This document shows positions 30,609 to 41,361 of a stretch of DNA of 64,000 nucleotides, piece after piece. The DNA comes from Fibrobacteria bacterium (lineage in GTDB: Bacteria; Fibrobacterota; Chitinivibrionia; Chitinivibrionales; FEN-1185). Where the stretch lies: the NCBI GenBank assembly GCA_037447435.1, contig JBBIGR010000014.1, forward strand, positions 37,178-101,177. The letters run 5' to 3'. The notes beneath the pieces were generated by a model. That model worked only from the letters and a program-made list of their open reading frames with translations, had not been told where the DNA came from and did not search any database. Position 1 is the stretch's first letter, and each line of letters starts with the position of its first letter. Both the position numbers and the translations under genes were made by a program.

Positions 30609-32159
30609 TTATAATTTGGGTAAAGGCAATTTTTTATTGAACTTTTTCATTCGCGCGATTTTATTGACGATATCCATATACGATAAGGCCGATGCCTCGA
30701 CGATATCGGTGCTGGTCCCAACACCGGTAAATACGCCTTCTTTACTTCTGGCAACGATCTTCACTTTTCCGAGCGCTTCCCTGCCTTCGGTCAGCGAGGT
30801 CAAGGTAAAATCGTCGATGCTGATTTTGAAACCGGTAATACGGTCTATCGCCTTTGTCGCCGCATCAACCGCCCCGTCCCCGCACGCCGCTTCGAATCGC
30901 ACTTTATCTTCTTTTGCGACACGGATACGGACCGTCGCCGTCGGCACAGTACCTTTGCCGCTTGACACGTTCAAATACTCAAGCACATAGGTGTCGGTCA
31001 TATCCCCGGCTGTTTTCGACTCCATAAGGGAAATCAAATCATCGTCGTAGACCGTGCCCTTTTTATCAGCAAGCTCGATGAACCGCGTATAAAACGCCGA
31101 CACATCGACTTCTTCTATATTATAGCCCAGCGCAACCAACCTCGAACGGACCATATGACTCCCCGAGCGACTCGTCAGGTTCATACGATTGTCCTTGAGC
31201 CCGATGGATTGCGGGGTCATGATTTCATATGTTTTCCGCGATTTGAGCACGCCGTCCTGATGAATACCCGACGAATGCGCAAATGCATTGCTTCCCACAA
31301 CCGCTTTGTTAGGCTGCACCGGCATATTGCAGATATCGGAAACAAGTTTACTGGTGCGCATTATCTCCCGAGTCTCGATGCCGACGTCGACCTTGAAAAT
31401 GTCTTTGCGAACATTAAGCATCATAACCACTTCCTCGAGCGCGGCGTTTCCCGCACGTTCACCCAAGCCGTTTATCGCGCATTCGATTTGACGCGCACCA
31501 TGCGAAACAGCGGTAATGGAATTCGCCGACGCCATGCCAAGATCGTTATGACAATGCACCGAAATGACGGCCTTGTCGATATTAGGCACACGGTTGAAAA
31601 GCGATTCGATTATCCACGCGAATTTCTCGGGGGACGTATAGCCCACGGTATCGGGAATATTGACCGTCGTCGCGCCGGTTTTTATCACGGTTTCGACGAT
31701 ACGGCACAGAAAATCGATATCCGAGCGCCCGGCATCTTCCGCCGAAAATTCGACGTCGCTGGTATATTTTTTACACAACTTTACCGCAGCGATTGCCATG
31801 GCAACGATTTCATCGTTGGTTTTGCGCATTTTCTTTTCCATATGCAGAGCCGACGTGCCGACAAACGTGTGTATACGCGGACGCTCGGCCGGTTTCAAGG
31901 CCTTTCCGCATGCAACAATATCTTTTTCGACAAGCCGCGCAAGCCCGCAGATGACGGGGCCCTTTACTTCGCGAGCAATTGTCGAGACAGACTCGAAATC
32001 ACCCGGCGACGAAATGGGAAAACCCGCTTCGATGATATCGACATTCAATTTTTGCAATTGCTTTGCAATACGTAATTTCTGGTGCACCGACAAGCTTGAC
32101 GGCAATGCCTGTTCACCATCTCTCAAAGTCGTATCGAATATGAATACTTTGTCTTTCAT
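30609..32159 (-). CDS. leuA: 2-isopropylmalate synthase
   Basis: FDTTLRDGEQ, HCHNDLG, GERAGNA, HSSGIHQDG, regulatory domain. Confidence 0.96.
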   Translation of the reverse strand: MKDKVFIFDTTLRDGEQALPSSLSVHQKLRIAKQLQKLNVDIIEAGFPISSPGDFESVSTIAREVKGPVICGLARLVEKDIVACGKALKPAERPRIHTFVGTSALHMEKKMRKTNDEIVAMAIAAVKLCKKYTSDVEFSAEDAGRSDIDFLCRIVETVIKTGATTVNIPDTVGYTSPEKFAWIIESLFNRVPNIDKAVISVHCHNDLGMASANSITAVSHGARQIECAINGLGERAGNAALEEVVMMLNVRKDIFKVDVGIETREIMRTSKLVSDICNMPVQPNKAVVGSNAFAHSSGIHQDGVLKSRKTYEIMTPQSIGLKDNRMNLTSRSGSHMVRSRLVALGYNIEEVDVSAFYTRFIELADKKGTVYDDDLISLMESKTAGDMTDTYVLEYLNVSSGKGTVPTATVRIRVAKEDKVRFEAACGDGAVDAATKAIDRITGFKISIDDFTLTSLTEGREALGKVKIVARSKEGVFTGVGTSTDIVEASALSYMDIVNKIARMKKFNKKLPLPKL

Positions 32160-32176
32160 GATTGTAACCGATCATT

Positions 32177-32203
32177 GCAGGGGCACGGCTACCGTGCCCC
32201 TAC
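32177..32203 (-). repeat. GTAG-family REP element
   Basis: Minus strand GTAGGGGCACGG-TAG-CCGTGCCCCTGC. Confidence 0.75.
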
Positions 32204-32219
32204 GTGCCAAATGTTTTAA

Positions 32220-33320
32220 TTAATTCTGTCCTCTTCCGCCGATGCCTTTGGTCTCCTTGGAAATGTCTTTAGCTTTTTCCTTGGGACGTAGAGCGCGAAC
32301 TGCGGCTCCCGCGCGCCACATTTCATTCTCATGAACTTCGGCAAGCTTCTTTTCCAGGAACTTCTTATAGTCTTTGCCGCCGCAATCACGGATAACCTCA
32401 CGGGTTTCCTGGCCGGTTTTAACCGATTTGTAAAGCTGTTCGAAAACCGGCAGATTCGCTTTGCGGAAAATGGGCCTCCATTTGAGCGCGCCGTGCTGAG
32501 CGGTCGCGGAACAGTTGGAATACATCCAGTCCATTCCATTTTCGTCAACAAGACGGATAAGACTTTGCGTAAGTTCTTCCGATGTTTCGTTGAACGCTTC
32601 CGACGGCGAATGGCCGTTTTTGCGAAGCACGTCGTATTGTGCCTGCATGATGCCGGCTAATGCGCCCATGAGAACGCCGCGTTCGCCGGTAAGATCGCTA
32701 TACACTTCTTTTTGAAATGTTGTCGGGAACAGATAGCCGCTGCCGATGCCGATACCAACGGCCAGGCAACGTTCTTCGGCTCTGCCGGTTGCATCTTGAA
32801 AAACCGCATAGCTGGAATTGATTCCAGCGCCCGACAAAAAGTTGCGGCGAACCGATGTGCCGCTGCCTTTGGGCGCAACCATGATAACGTCGACATTTTT
32901 TGGCGGAATCACTCCGGTCTGTTCCTTATACACGATAGAGAACCCGTGCGAAAAGTAAACCGCATCGCCTTTTTTGAGAAGCTTTGCTATGGTTGGCCAT
33001 ACTTTACGTTGTGCAGCATCGGAAACAAGGATTTGGATGATCGTTCCTTTTTGAACTGCCTCTTCGATCGGGAAAAGAGTTTTTCCGGGAACCCAACCGT
33101 CTTTCACCGCACGGTCCCAGTCTTTTTTAAATTCCTTGGACTGTCCGATGATGACGTTTATTCCGTTGTCTTTCATGTTAAGCGCCTGGGCAGGGCCCTG
33201 AACGCCGTAACCGATGATAGCGACGACTTCTTTTTTAAGAACCTTGCGGGCCTTAACAAGAGAAAATTCCTTACGGGTAACGACGGTTTCCTTCACTCCT
33301 CCGAAATCGATGACTGCCAT
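32220..33320 (-). CDS. ilvC: Ketol-acid reductoisomerase (Bacteroidota/fungal-like type)
   Basis: IIGYGVQG, FSHGF, VAPKGSG, SDLTGERGVLMG. Confidence 0.96.
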   Translation of the reverse strand: MAVIDFGGVKETVVTRKEFSLVKARKVLKKEVVAIIGYGVQGPAQALNMKDNGINVIIGQSKEFKKDWDRAVKDGWVPGKTLFPIEEAVQKGTIIQILVSDAAQRKVWPTIAKLLKKGDAVYFSHGFSIVYKEQTGVIPPKNVDVIMVAPKGSGTSVRRNFLSGAGINSSYAVFQDATGRAEERCLAVGIGIGSGYLFPTTFQKEVYSDLTGERGVLMGALAGIMQAQYDVLRKNGHSPSEAFNETSEELTQSLIRLVDENGMDWMYSNCSATAQHGALKWRPIFRKANLPVFEQLYKSVKTGQETREVIRDCGGKDYKKFLEKKLAEVHENEMWRAGAAVRALRPKEKAKDISKETKGIGGRGQN

Positions 33321-33386
33321 AGACTGTTCTCCTTTGATTGAAAGTGATGTATTAAAAAATGCGATAAATTCACTGTGACCCTCACC

Positions 33387-33869
33387 CTACTTCTTTGTTT
33401 GCGCCATTGCAACTTTACCAGTGCGAATAAGCTCCTTGACCCCGTACGGCTTTATCAGGTCGATGAAATCGCTGACCGTTTCGCACGGCGCCGACAATTC
33501 GAACGTAATCGAGGTCGCTCCGACATACGCGACTTTAGCGCCGAACAAGTCGGCAAGCTCTATGATTTCGTGGCGACTCGACTTCGTGGAATCGACCCGA
33601 ACGAGAATGAATTCACGTTCGATGATCGAACATCCCTCAAAATCGATTACCTTGATCACGTCGATAAGCTTGTTGAGTTGCTTGACAACTTGCTCGATAA
33701 TCGCGCTATCTCCCTCGACGACGATGGTCATCCTGGAAATAGACGGATCTTCGGTTTCCCCGACCGTAAGGCTTGCTATATTGTAACCGCGGCTTGCAAA
33801 AAGCCCTGAGATTCTCGACAATGTGCCGCTATGGTTTTCGACCAGCACCGAAATTGTTCGTGTGTTCAT
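33387..33869 (-). CDS. ilvN: Acetolactate synthase small subunit
   Basis: ACT domain ENHSGTLSRISGLFASRGYNI; RTG C-terminus. Confidence 0.95.
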   Translation of the reverse strand: MNTRTISVLVENHSGTLSRISGLFASRGYNIASLTVGETEDPSISRMTIVVEGDSAIIEQVVKQLNKLIDVIKVIDFEGCSIIEREFILVRVDSTKSSRHEIIELADLFGAKVAYVGATSITFELSAPCETVSDFIDLIKPYGVKELIRTGKVAMAQTKK

Positions 33870-35596
33870 GCTTCCTCCATTGCATCGTCAAGCGATTTTC
33901 CGGCCGGGACCATCGGATATACGTTTTCCTCGGTCGCGGTCATGAATTCCATAAGCGACGGGCCATCGACGGCCAGGCCTTTTTTCAGCACATCGACAAC
34001 TTCCGAAACCTTGCTGGTACGAAATCCCGGTATGGCATAGCTTTCGGCGAGCTTGACAAAATCGGGTACGTATCCTTTGCCGCAATTTTCGGGCGACGTG
34101 CAATCGCCGCACAGGTTACTGCCGCGTAAACACGTCGCGCTGTAGCGCCTGTTCCAGAACAATTCCTGCCACTGCCGCACCATTCCCAGATACTCGTTAT
34201 TGAGAATGAGCACCTTGACCGGGATACGGTTTATCGAAATGGTCGCAAGTTCCTGGATGTTCATTTGTATGGAACCATCACCTGCAATATTGACAACCGG
34301 TTTCCGCTTCATGCCCAGGCTTGCACCCATTGCAGCCGGAAGGCCGAACCCCATGGTTCCCAGGCCGCCCGACGACAAAAACATGCGCGGCCGCGCAAAC
34401 TTGTAATATTGCGCCGCAAACATCTGATGCTGCCCCACCTCGGTTGCGATGAGAATATCGGTATTCTTGGTGAGTTCATATAATTGCTCGATGACATATT
34501 GCGGTTTAATAACATCATTAGAACTTTTATAAGTAAACAACTTTCCGTTTTTCCACGAGTCGATTTGAGCGTTCCATTCATTGCGGCTCCGCGGCTCTAC
34601 GACCTTGTTCAGCGCCGTAAGAATATTTTTGGCATCGCCCACAACCGGCACATCGACACGGACAATTTTTGAAATCGCGGCCGGATCAATATCAAGATGG
34701 ATGATCTTGGCATTGGGCGCAAACGAGGCAACGTGTCCGGTCACACGGTCGTCGAAACGCGCGCCAACGGAAATTATCACATCGGCATTCTGAAACGCCG
34801 TGTTTGCCGTTTTAGAACCGTGCATACCGGGCATACCGATGAACAAATCATGCTCGCCGGGAAATGCGCCCAGCCCCATGAGAGTCAAGGTAACCGGCGC
34901 ATTCAGTTTTGTCGCCAATTCAAAAAGTTCGGCATGCGCTCCGGAAGAGATGACTCCGCCGCCGGCATATACCAATGGTTTTTTTGCCGATTTAATCAGC
35001 TCGGCCGCCTTCTCGATTTGACGCGGATGCCCCATAAGTGTCGGCTTATAGCTGCGCATCGAAATTTCGGCAGGATACTCATAATTATCAAGATACCCGC
35101 GCGAAATGTCGGACGGCAAATCGACGAGCACGGGCCCCGGCCGTCCTGAGCGGGCGATGTAAAACGCCTGCTTGAGAATTGCCGGAAGGTCTTTGATGTC
35201 TTTGACCAGAAAGTTATGCTTTGTTACCGGCCTGCTGATACCGACCATGTCGGCTTCCTGAAACGCGTCGGTGCCGAGATACGGGGTCGATACCTGGCCC
35301 GTTATCGCGACCATGGGAATCGAATCGAGATACGCGTCGGCAATACCGGTGATAAGATTTGTTGCGCCGGGACCCGAGGTCGCTATGCAAACCCCGACCT
35401 TCCCCGTTGCCCGTGCATATCCTTCGGCAGCGTGAGCCGCGCCCTGTTCATGACGAACAAGAACCGTATTGATATTCTTTGCATCGTATAATGCATCGAA
35501 AATCGGAATTGCCTGGCCGCCCGGATAGCCGAACAGCACATCGACGCCCTCTTTTGTCAGGGCATCAACAAGAATTTCGGCACCTTTCTTTTTCAA
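33866..35596 (-). CDS. ilvB: Acetolactate synthase large subunit (TTG start)
   Basis: FGYPGG, RHEQGA, TSGPGATN, GDGSIQMN, GMVRQWQ; GGAGGA RBS. Confidence 0.97.
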   Translation of the reverse strand: MKKKGAEILVDALTKEGVDVLFGYPGGQAIPIFDALYDAKNINTVLVRHEQGAAHAAEGYARATGKVGVCIATSGPGATNLITGIADAYLDSIPMVAITGQVSTPYLGTDAFQEADMVGISRPVTKHNFLVKDIKDLPAILKQAFYIARSGRPGPVLVDLPSDISRGYLDNYEYPAEISMRSYKPTLMGHPRQIEKAAELIKSAKKPLVYAGGGVISSGAHAELFELATKLNAPVTLTLMGLGAFPGEHDLFIGMPGMHGSKTANTAFQNADVIISVGARFDDRVTGHVASFAPNAKIIHLDIDPAAISKIVRVDVPVVGDAKNILTALNKVVEPRSRNEWNAQIDSWKNGKLFTYKSSNDVIKPQYVIEQLYELTKNTDILIATEVGQHQMFAAQYYKFARPRMFLSSGGLGTMGFGLPAAMGASLGMKRKPVVNIAGDGSIQMNIQELATISINRIPVKVLILNNEYLGMVRQWQELFWNRRYSATCLRGSNLCGDCTSPENCGKGYVPDFVKLAESYAIPGFRTSKVSEVVDVLKKGLAVDGPSLMEFMTATEENVYPMVPAGKSLDDAMEEA

Positions 35597-35794
35597 ACTG
35601 TCCTCCAGCTGTTAAATGTGCACTGTTGCCGTTACTTCGTCTTGTTCAGTGCCGCAAAAAAACAATCTCGTAAAATACCTTGTCCCCATGGGGTAATCAA
35701 GGGTACAAGGGCTTTTGTGGCACTTATATAATGAATTATAATAATCACGGTATTCATCTTGGCTTTCTAACCGACACATTCCGTCCAAGCAAGC

Positions 35795-35832
35795 AAAAAA
35801 AAAGGCCCGTCTTTTTTAAGAGACGGGCCTTT
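35795..35832 (-). terminator. Attenuator terminator of the ilv-leu operon
   Basis: AAAGGCCCGUCU-loop-AGACGGGCCUUU followed by U-tract (9 U in total). Confidence 0.92.
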
Positions 35833-35857
35833 GGATTTTTCATTACTTACTGTAATA

Positions 35858-35965
35858 TTATAAGCCCGTCTCCTGTTTTGGCAATACGACTACTACCCGT
35901 ACTACGGCTAGTAGAACGGTACTAATAATATTAATAATGCTGTCTGTATATGTTTTTGTAAACAT
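35858..35965 (-). CDS. ilv operon leader peptide MFTKTYTDSIINIISTVLLAVVRVVVVLPKQETGL (35 aa, absent from the ORF track)
   Basis: Translated by hand; 15 Ile/Leu/Val codons, tandem CTA CTA; overlaps antiterminator strand. Confidence 0.9.
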   Translation of the reverse strand: MFTKTYTDSIINIISTVLLAVVRVVVVLPKQETGL

Positions 35966-35974
35966 GATAAAATA

Positions 35975-36003
35975 AATATACCGTATATCGGAATTGGAGT
36001 CAA
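35975..36003 (-). promoter_or_regulatory. Sigma70-type promoter of ilv leader
   Basis: TTGACT-N17-TATATT, 9 nt before the leader ATG. Confidence 0.75.
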
Positions 36004-36012
36004 TATATTTTT

Positions 36013-39000
36013 TTATTCACTGCGTATGGCCGCAGGTTTTTCATACCCTAATACCGGATCCAGCCATTTTTCAACCTCCTCATTTTTCATGCCTTTTCTT
36101 CCCGCATACGATTCCACCTGATCGCGACCAATGGCCTGCAATCCAAAATACCGCGATTGCGGATGAGAGAAATAATAGCCGCAGACCGACGCGGCGGGAT
36201 ACATTGCCCCGCTCACGGTCAACGACATACCGATATTTTTACTTACATCGAGCAATTGAAATATCTGATTCTTTTCGCTATGATCCGGGCAAGCCGGATA
36301 CCCCGGTGCCGGACGAACCCCTTGGTATTTCACACGAAGCATTTCTTTTATTTGTAACGATTCGTGCGGGGCGTAAGCCCAATATTCTTTTCTGACCTTT
36401 TCGTGCAGCCATTCGGCGCATGCCTCCGCGAGCCTGTCGGCAAGGAGTTTTACCATGATTGCGGAATAATCGTCTTTGGCGTTTTCGTATTTAGCAACAA
36501 CGTCTTCAAGCCCGATCCCTGCGGTGCAGGCAAAAAGACCGACATAATCCTTTACGCCGCTTTCGATCGGCGCCACAAAATCGGACAGTGAGACGTACTC
36601 CGTTTTCTCATTTTTTCTCACTTGTTGGCGAAGGCAATGAATGGCGGAAAGCTTTGTTTCCCTGGTTTCGTCCGAGTACAAAATAATGTCCTCAAAATCC
36701 TTTGTTTGCGCCGGAAAGAAACCGACGACCGCTTTTGCAGCAAGCAAGTTATGCGCAACAATTTCATCGAGCAATGCCGCCGCGTCGTCGAACAATTTTT
36801 TCGCGGATGGTCCGACAATCGGGTCTTCCAGTAAATACGGGTACGCGCCTTTTAATCCCCATGCGGAGAAAACGAAATTCCAGTCTATATAGCCTCGCAA
36901 ATCCCCCAGCGATATAGTATCGAGGACAAAGACTCCGTCCTTTTGAGGCTTGGGAGGCTCATACCCATGCCATGAAATCGAGACCCGATTCGATTTCGCT
37001 TCAAGGTACGGGATAATTTCCATAGAGACATTCGCCTTTTCATGTTTTTCGCGCAAAAGCGTTTGCTTTGCGACAATCTCCTTGCCGAATAAAAACCTGT
37101 CTTTTGTATCCACAAGCCTTTGACATACCGGAACAGCAAGCGAAGCATCGGCGACATGCACGCAAATACCGCTGTATTGCGTTGCGATTTTAACCGCAGT
37201 GTGCATAGGTGAGGTCGTGGCCCCGCCGATTAAAAGCGGCATGGTTATTTTGCATCGCTCCATTTCCGAAGCAATATGGGCCATCTCCACAAGAGAGGGA
37301 GTTATAAGGCCGGAGACGCCGATAAAATCCGCTTTTTCCTTTATCGCTGTGTCAAGAATCGTTTCGCATGGAACCATGACGCCCAGGTCAATGACGCGGA
37401 AATTATTGCATTGCAGGACTACTTCGACGATTTTTTTACCGATATCATGAACGTCGCCTTTGACGGTTGCAAGAACAATCGTTGCCTGCGGCGTTTGGTT
37501 TCCGTCGGCGTCGCTTTCCATGAACGGCAGCAAAATGGCAACGGCCTTTTTCATCACCCGGGCGCTTTTAATCACCTGCGGCAAAAACATCTTTCCTTCT
37601 CCGAACAATTTCCCGACCTCGTTCATACCGGCCATGAGCGGCCCCTCGATGACTTTCAAAGGCGACCCTATGAGCGCATAGGCCTCTTTCGTGTCATCTT
37701 CGACAAACGCGTCGACCCCCTTGACCAACGCATAGGTCAAACGCGCGTTTACCTCCATACCGCGCCACGACAAGTCCTCTTTTTTCGCTTTCGATTGCGC
37801 GCCGACGGTTTGTGCGAGGTCAAGCAACCGCTCCGCCGCGTCTTCGCGCCTGTCAAATATGACGTCTTCGATGCGCTCGCGTAACCCCGCATCGATTGTT
37901 TCATACGGAACAAGTTGCCCGGCATTGACGATTCCCATGGTAAGTCCGGCTTTAATCGCATGGTATAAAAACGCCGCGTTGATTGCTTCCCGCAGTCCGT
38001 TGTTACCGCGAAAGGCAAACGACACGTTGCTGAGCCCCCCGCTTATGCCGCATTCGGGAAACAACTGCCTTATTCTTTTTACCGCATTGAGAAAATCGAT
38101 TCCGTATTTTCTATGTTCGGCAAGACCGGTCGCTATAGCAAAAACGTTTGGGTCAAAAACGATATCGTGGGGGGCAAATCCTAATTGTTCGACCAGCAAT
38201 TTATAGGCGCGCGAACAAATTTCAACTTTCCGGATTTCGGTGTCCGCCTGACCTTTTTCATCAAAAGCCATGACAACGACCGCGGCTCCGAATTTCGCTA
38301 TTTCTTTGGCCCTATTGCAAAAAACGTCTTCCCCTTCCTTGAGGGAAAGCGAATTGACAATACATTTTCCCTGTACGCATGCCAAGCCTGCAAGCAAAAC
38401 ATCCCACTGCGAGGAATCTATCATTATCGGAACATGTGCAATATCGGGCTCGGCTGCAACAAGGTTTAGAAACTCGACCATTGCAGCCTTGGCATCGAGC
38501 ATCGAATCGTCCATATTGATATCTATGACGCTAGCACCATTGTCGATTTGCTGTTTCGCAACCGACAATGCCGCGTCATAATCCTTTGCGCGTATCAGAG
38601 CGGCAAATTTTGCCGATCCCGTAACGTTCGTGCGCTCCCCTATATTTACAAATAATGATTCTGGCCCGACGACGCACGCCGCAAGCCCACTTAAGCAAAT
38701 ACCGGGCTTGCGATGGGGTATTTCGCGGATCTTCGCATCGATCAACGCCTCGCCGATCGCCCGTATATGAGCGGGTGTCGTACCGCAGCAGCCGCCGACG
38801 ATATTGACGATGCCGTCGCGTGCAAATCCGGCCAGCGTTTGCGCCATTGTTTGGGGCGTTTCGTCGTAGGTCCCATATGCATTCGGTAAACCGGCATTGG
38901 GATGAACGCTGATAAAATACGGCGCAATGCCGCTTAATTCCTGTACGTATTGCCGCAATTGCCCTGCACCGAGCGCGCAATTGAAGCCGATTGAAAACGG

Positions 39001-39741
39001 CTTTATATGTTCGACGGAATATAAAAACGCTTCGACCGTTTGCCCCGATAACGTCCGTCCGCTTGCATCCGTAATCGTGGAGGACACCATGACCGGCACC
39101 CGGCAATGCGTTTCTTCGAAAAGCCGCAATAGGCCGTGAATTGCCGCTTTACAATTAAGCGTATCGAAAACCGTTTCGATGATGAACAGGTCGACACCGC
39201 CGTCCAGGAGTCCTTTAGCAGCCTCTGTATATGCGCTGGCCAATTCATCGAATGCTATATTCCTATACCCGGGCCTGTTGACATCTGGAGAAATGCTCAA
39301 TGTTTTATTGGTCGGCCCCAAATCGCCTGCAACAAATCGCGGTTTGTGGGGCGTCGTATGTGTCGCGGCAAGCGCCGCCTGTTTTGCGATTCGCGCACCT
39401 TCGTAATTAAGCGTATAGACAATGCTTTCCAAACCATAATCAGCTTGCGACACCGCGGTCGAATTGAACGTATTGGTTTTAATGATGTCGGCCCCGGCGT
39501 TTAAATATTGAGAATGAATATCGACAACAACATTCGGCTGCGTCAGGTTCAAGACATCGTTATTCCCGCGCAAATCGCGCGTGTGCGAAGCGAATTCTTT
39601 TCCCCGGAAGTCTGCTTCCGATAATTCTTTCTGTTGAAGCATCGTGCCCATAGCACCGTCGAGTATCACGATACGCTTACATATAATATCCGAAAGTTGC
39701 CGTTCGCTTTTCGAAACGGCCGAAGAAATGGTTGATTGCAT
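36013..39741 (-). CDS. metH: Cobalamin-dependent methionine synthase
   Basis: [41 protein letters not shown]. Confidence 0.98.
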   Translation of the reverse strand: MQSTISSAVSKSERQLSDIICKRIVILDGAMGTMLQQKELSEADFRGKEFASHTRDLRGNNDVLNLTQPNVVVDIHSQYLNAGADIIKTNTFNSTAVSQADYGLESIVYTLNYEGARIAKQAALAATHTTPHKPRFVAGDLGPTNKTLSISPDVNRPGYRNIAFDELASAYTEAAKGLLDGGVDLFIIETVFDTLNCKAAIHGLLRLFEETHCRVPVMVSSTITDASGRTLSGQTVEAFLYSVEHIKPFSIGFNCALGAGQLRQYVQELSGIAPYFISVHPNAGLPNAYGTYDETPQTMAQTLAGFARDGIVNIVGGCCGTTPAHIRAIGEALIDAKIREIPHRKPGICLSGLAACVVGPESLFVNIGERTNVTGSAKFAALIRAKDYDAALSVAKQQIDNGASVIDINMDDSMLDAKAAMVEFLNLVAAEPDIAHVPIMIDSSQWDVLLAGLACVQGKCIVNSLSLKEGEDVFCNRAKEIAKFGAAVVVMAFDEKGQADTEIRKVEICSRAYKLLVEQLGFAPHDIVFDPNVFAIATGLAEHRKYGIDFLNAVKRIRQLFPECGISGGLSNVSFAFRGNNGLREAINAAFLYHAIKAGLTMGIVNAGQLVPYETIDAGLRERIEDVIFDRREDAAERLLDLAQTVGAQSKAKKEDLSWRGMEVNARLTYALVKGVDAFVEDDTKEAYALIGSPLKVIEGPLMAGMNEVGKLFGEGKMFLPQVIKSARVMKKAVAILLPFMESDADGNQTPQATIVLATVKGDVHDIGKKIVEVVLQCNNFRVIDLGVMVPCETILDTAIKEKADFIGVSGLITPSLVEMAHIASEMERCKITMPLLIGGATTSPMHTAVKIATQYSGICVHVADASLAVPVCQRLVDTKDRFLFGKEIVAKQTLLREKHEKANVSMEIIPYLEAKSNRVSISWHGYEPPKPQKDGVFVLDTISLGDLRGYIDWNFVFSAWGLKGAYPYLLEDPIVGPSAKKLFDDAAALLDEIVAHNLLAAKAVVGFFPAQTKDFEDIILYSDETRETKLSAIHCLRQQVRKNEKTEYVSLSDFVAPIESGVKDYVGLFACTAGIGLEDVVAKYENAKDDYSAIMVKLLADRLAEACAEWLHEKVRKEYWAYAPHESLQIKEMLRVKYQGVRPAPGYPACPDHSEKNQIFQLLDVSKNIGMSLTVSGAMYPAASVCGYYFSHPQSRYFGLQAIGRDQVESYAGRKGMKNEEVEKWLDPVLGYEKPAAIRSE

Positions 39742-39838
39742 GATTTAACTTCTATTGATGATTTTTATACTATCTTATTGAATAATATAAATTTAAACAT
39801 ACACGGTATACCGTCTGAAACGCAAAAGAAGCAAAACC

Positions 39839-40663
39839 ATGCTCATCACCGATTATCTCCCTTTTGTCCCGGGGCATACTCCCGGCCATGGCCCGACCGC
39901 CACGGACCAATGGTTGTTATTTTCCGGTTCAAAATTATTATTCGGCAATAAAAACGATCTTCCGACCACTGCCGAAATTCCGTTTTTGCCGCAGCCGACC
40001 AATACCGCCTTATACCTCGGTAATTCGGGGCCGACACAATACTTCTGCGCAAATGTTCCAACGGAATCAAAGGCGCCTGCGTCTTTTGATTTTGTAGAAT
40101 TAAGAACCGCTCTGTTACGGGCAACACCCGATACGTTTATGATCATAAGCAGGGCCAGCAAACTCTTATCATGGGAAAAGCTCAATCGGTTTTGCGGACA
40201 ATGCGGCGGCCCAACCGTCGATAAAGCAACCGAGCACGCAAAGGAATGTACCGCTTGCAAAACAGTCGTGTATCCGCGAATATCGCCCGCCGTCATTGTT
40301 GCAATAGTAAACAACGGTAAACTGCTTCTGGCCAGAAAAAAAGACTGGCCGTACAAATTTCACAGCGTCATTGCGGGATTTGTCGAAGCCGGCGAATCGT
40401 TGGAGACTTGCGCCAAAAGGGAAGCGTTCGAAGAAGTCGGCATCAGGATAAAAAACATCCGGTATTTTGCCAGTCAACCGTGGCCGTTTCCCGACTCGCT
40501 CATGTGCGCCTTTACCTCCGAATACGACGGCGGGGAAATCGTCGTTGACAATGTCGAACTGGAAACGGCGGATTGGTATGGTCCCTCGGAACTTCCAGCA
40601 ATACCTGCGCCGGGCAGCGTTTCTCGGAAACTCATAGACTGGTTTGTGCAAACCTATTCCTGA
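39839..40663 (+). CDS. nudC: NAD(+) diphosphatase
   Basis: FCGQCG...CTAC zinc site, Nudix box, SQPWPFP. Confidence 0.95.
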   Translation: MLITDYLPFVPGHTPGHGPTATDQWLLFSGSKLLFGNKNDLPTTAEIPFLPQPTNTALYLGNSGPTQYFCANVPTESKAPASFDFVELRTALLRATPDTFMIISRASKLLSWEKLNRFCGQCGGPTVDKATEHAKECTACKTVVYPRISPAVIVAIVNNGKLLLARKKDWPYKFHSVIAGFVEAGESLETCAKREAFEEVGIRIKNIRYFASQPWPFPDSLMCAFTSEYDGGEIVVDNVELETADWYGPSELPAIPAPGSVSRKLIDWFVQTYS

Positions 40664-40684
40664 TTTTAACCGATCGGATTTCGC

Positions 40685-41203
40685 ATGATTGCTATTTTAC
40701 GAAAACGCCGCAGTATCAGAAAATATGCTGATAAGAAAATCGGCAAGGCGGCCATCGCCGTACTGAAAGAATCCCTGCTTCGGTCGCCTTCGTCGCGCGA
40801 TATAAAACCGTGGGAATTTGTTTTTGTTTCCGATCCCCAAACACTGCACAAGCTTTCGGCTGCAAAAGAACACGGCAGCGAATTTCTCAAGAATTCAGGT
40901 CTTGGTATAGTGGTCTGTGCAGACGAAACTAAATCGGACGTTTGGATCGAAGATTGTTCGATTGCATCGACGATTGCGCATTGTACCGCCCACACTTTAG
41001 GCTTGGGAAGTTGCTGGATTCAAATTCGCAACCGTAGACATTCTGAAAAAATCACGTCCGAAAAATTCATCAAAAAAATACTTGGTATTCCATCACATAT
41101 CCGTGTAGAAGCTATAATCAGCATTGGCATACCTGCGGAAAGTAAAAAACCGCTGGGTAAAAGAAAATTGCTCTATAGTAAAATTCATGAAAACACCTAT
41201 TAA
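40685..41203 (+). CDS. Nitroreductase family protein
   Basis: RRSIRKY, SPSSRDIKPW, GLGSCWIQ. Confidence 0.9.
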   Translation: MIAILRKRRSIRKYADKKIGKAAIAVLKESLLRSPSSRDIKPWEFVFVSDPQTLHKLSAAKEHGSEFLKNSGLGIVVCADETKSDVWIEDCSIASTIAHCTAHTLGLGSCWIQIRNRRHSEKITSEKFIKKILGIPSHIRVEAIISIGIPAESKKPLGKRKLLYSKIHENTY

Positions 41204-41261
41204 TAGTATTTGCAATAATTTGTTATTTTCTTTTTGATACGCTTCGCCGATAATTTATTTT

Positions 41262-41286
41262 ATAGTTTATAAATATTATAAACTAT
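41262..41286. promoter_or_regulatory. Putative Rrf2-type operator upstream of transsulfuration genes
   Basis: Perfect ATAGTTTATAA-ata-TTATAAACTAT (11-3-11). Confidence 0.6.
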
Positions 41287-41361
41287 TTATTGTTTGATAT
41301 TATATTAATGTTATTTGAATGCATATTAATTGTTTTATCAGTGAAAGTTAGATTATAGCTT

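Noticed and set aside
31155..33341. Long antisense ORFs (e.g. 31155-32075, 32712-33341) over leuA/ilvC
   Set aside because: Shadow frames of well-conserved genes; no motifs or RBS.
35678..35710. Hairpin between attenuator and ilvB
   Set aside because: Imperfect, single copy and no U-tract; cannot assign a function.
39742..39838. Possible SAM or cobalamin riboswitch upstream of metH (also checked upstream of 41362 and 54830)
   Set aside because: The regions are short and AT-rich, with no S-box or B12-box conserved elements.
41246..41253. GCCGATAA sigma28-like -10 upstream of the metI-like gene
   Set aside because: No TAAA -35 at the correct spacing.
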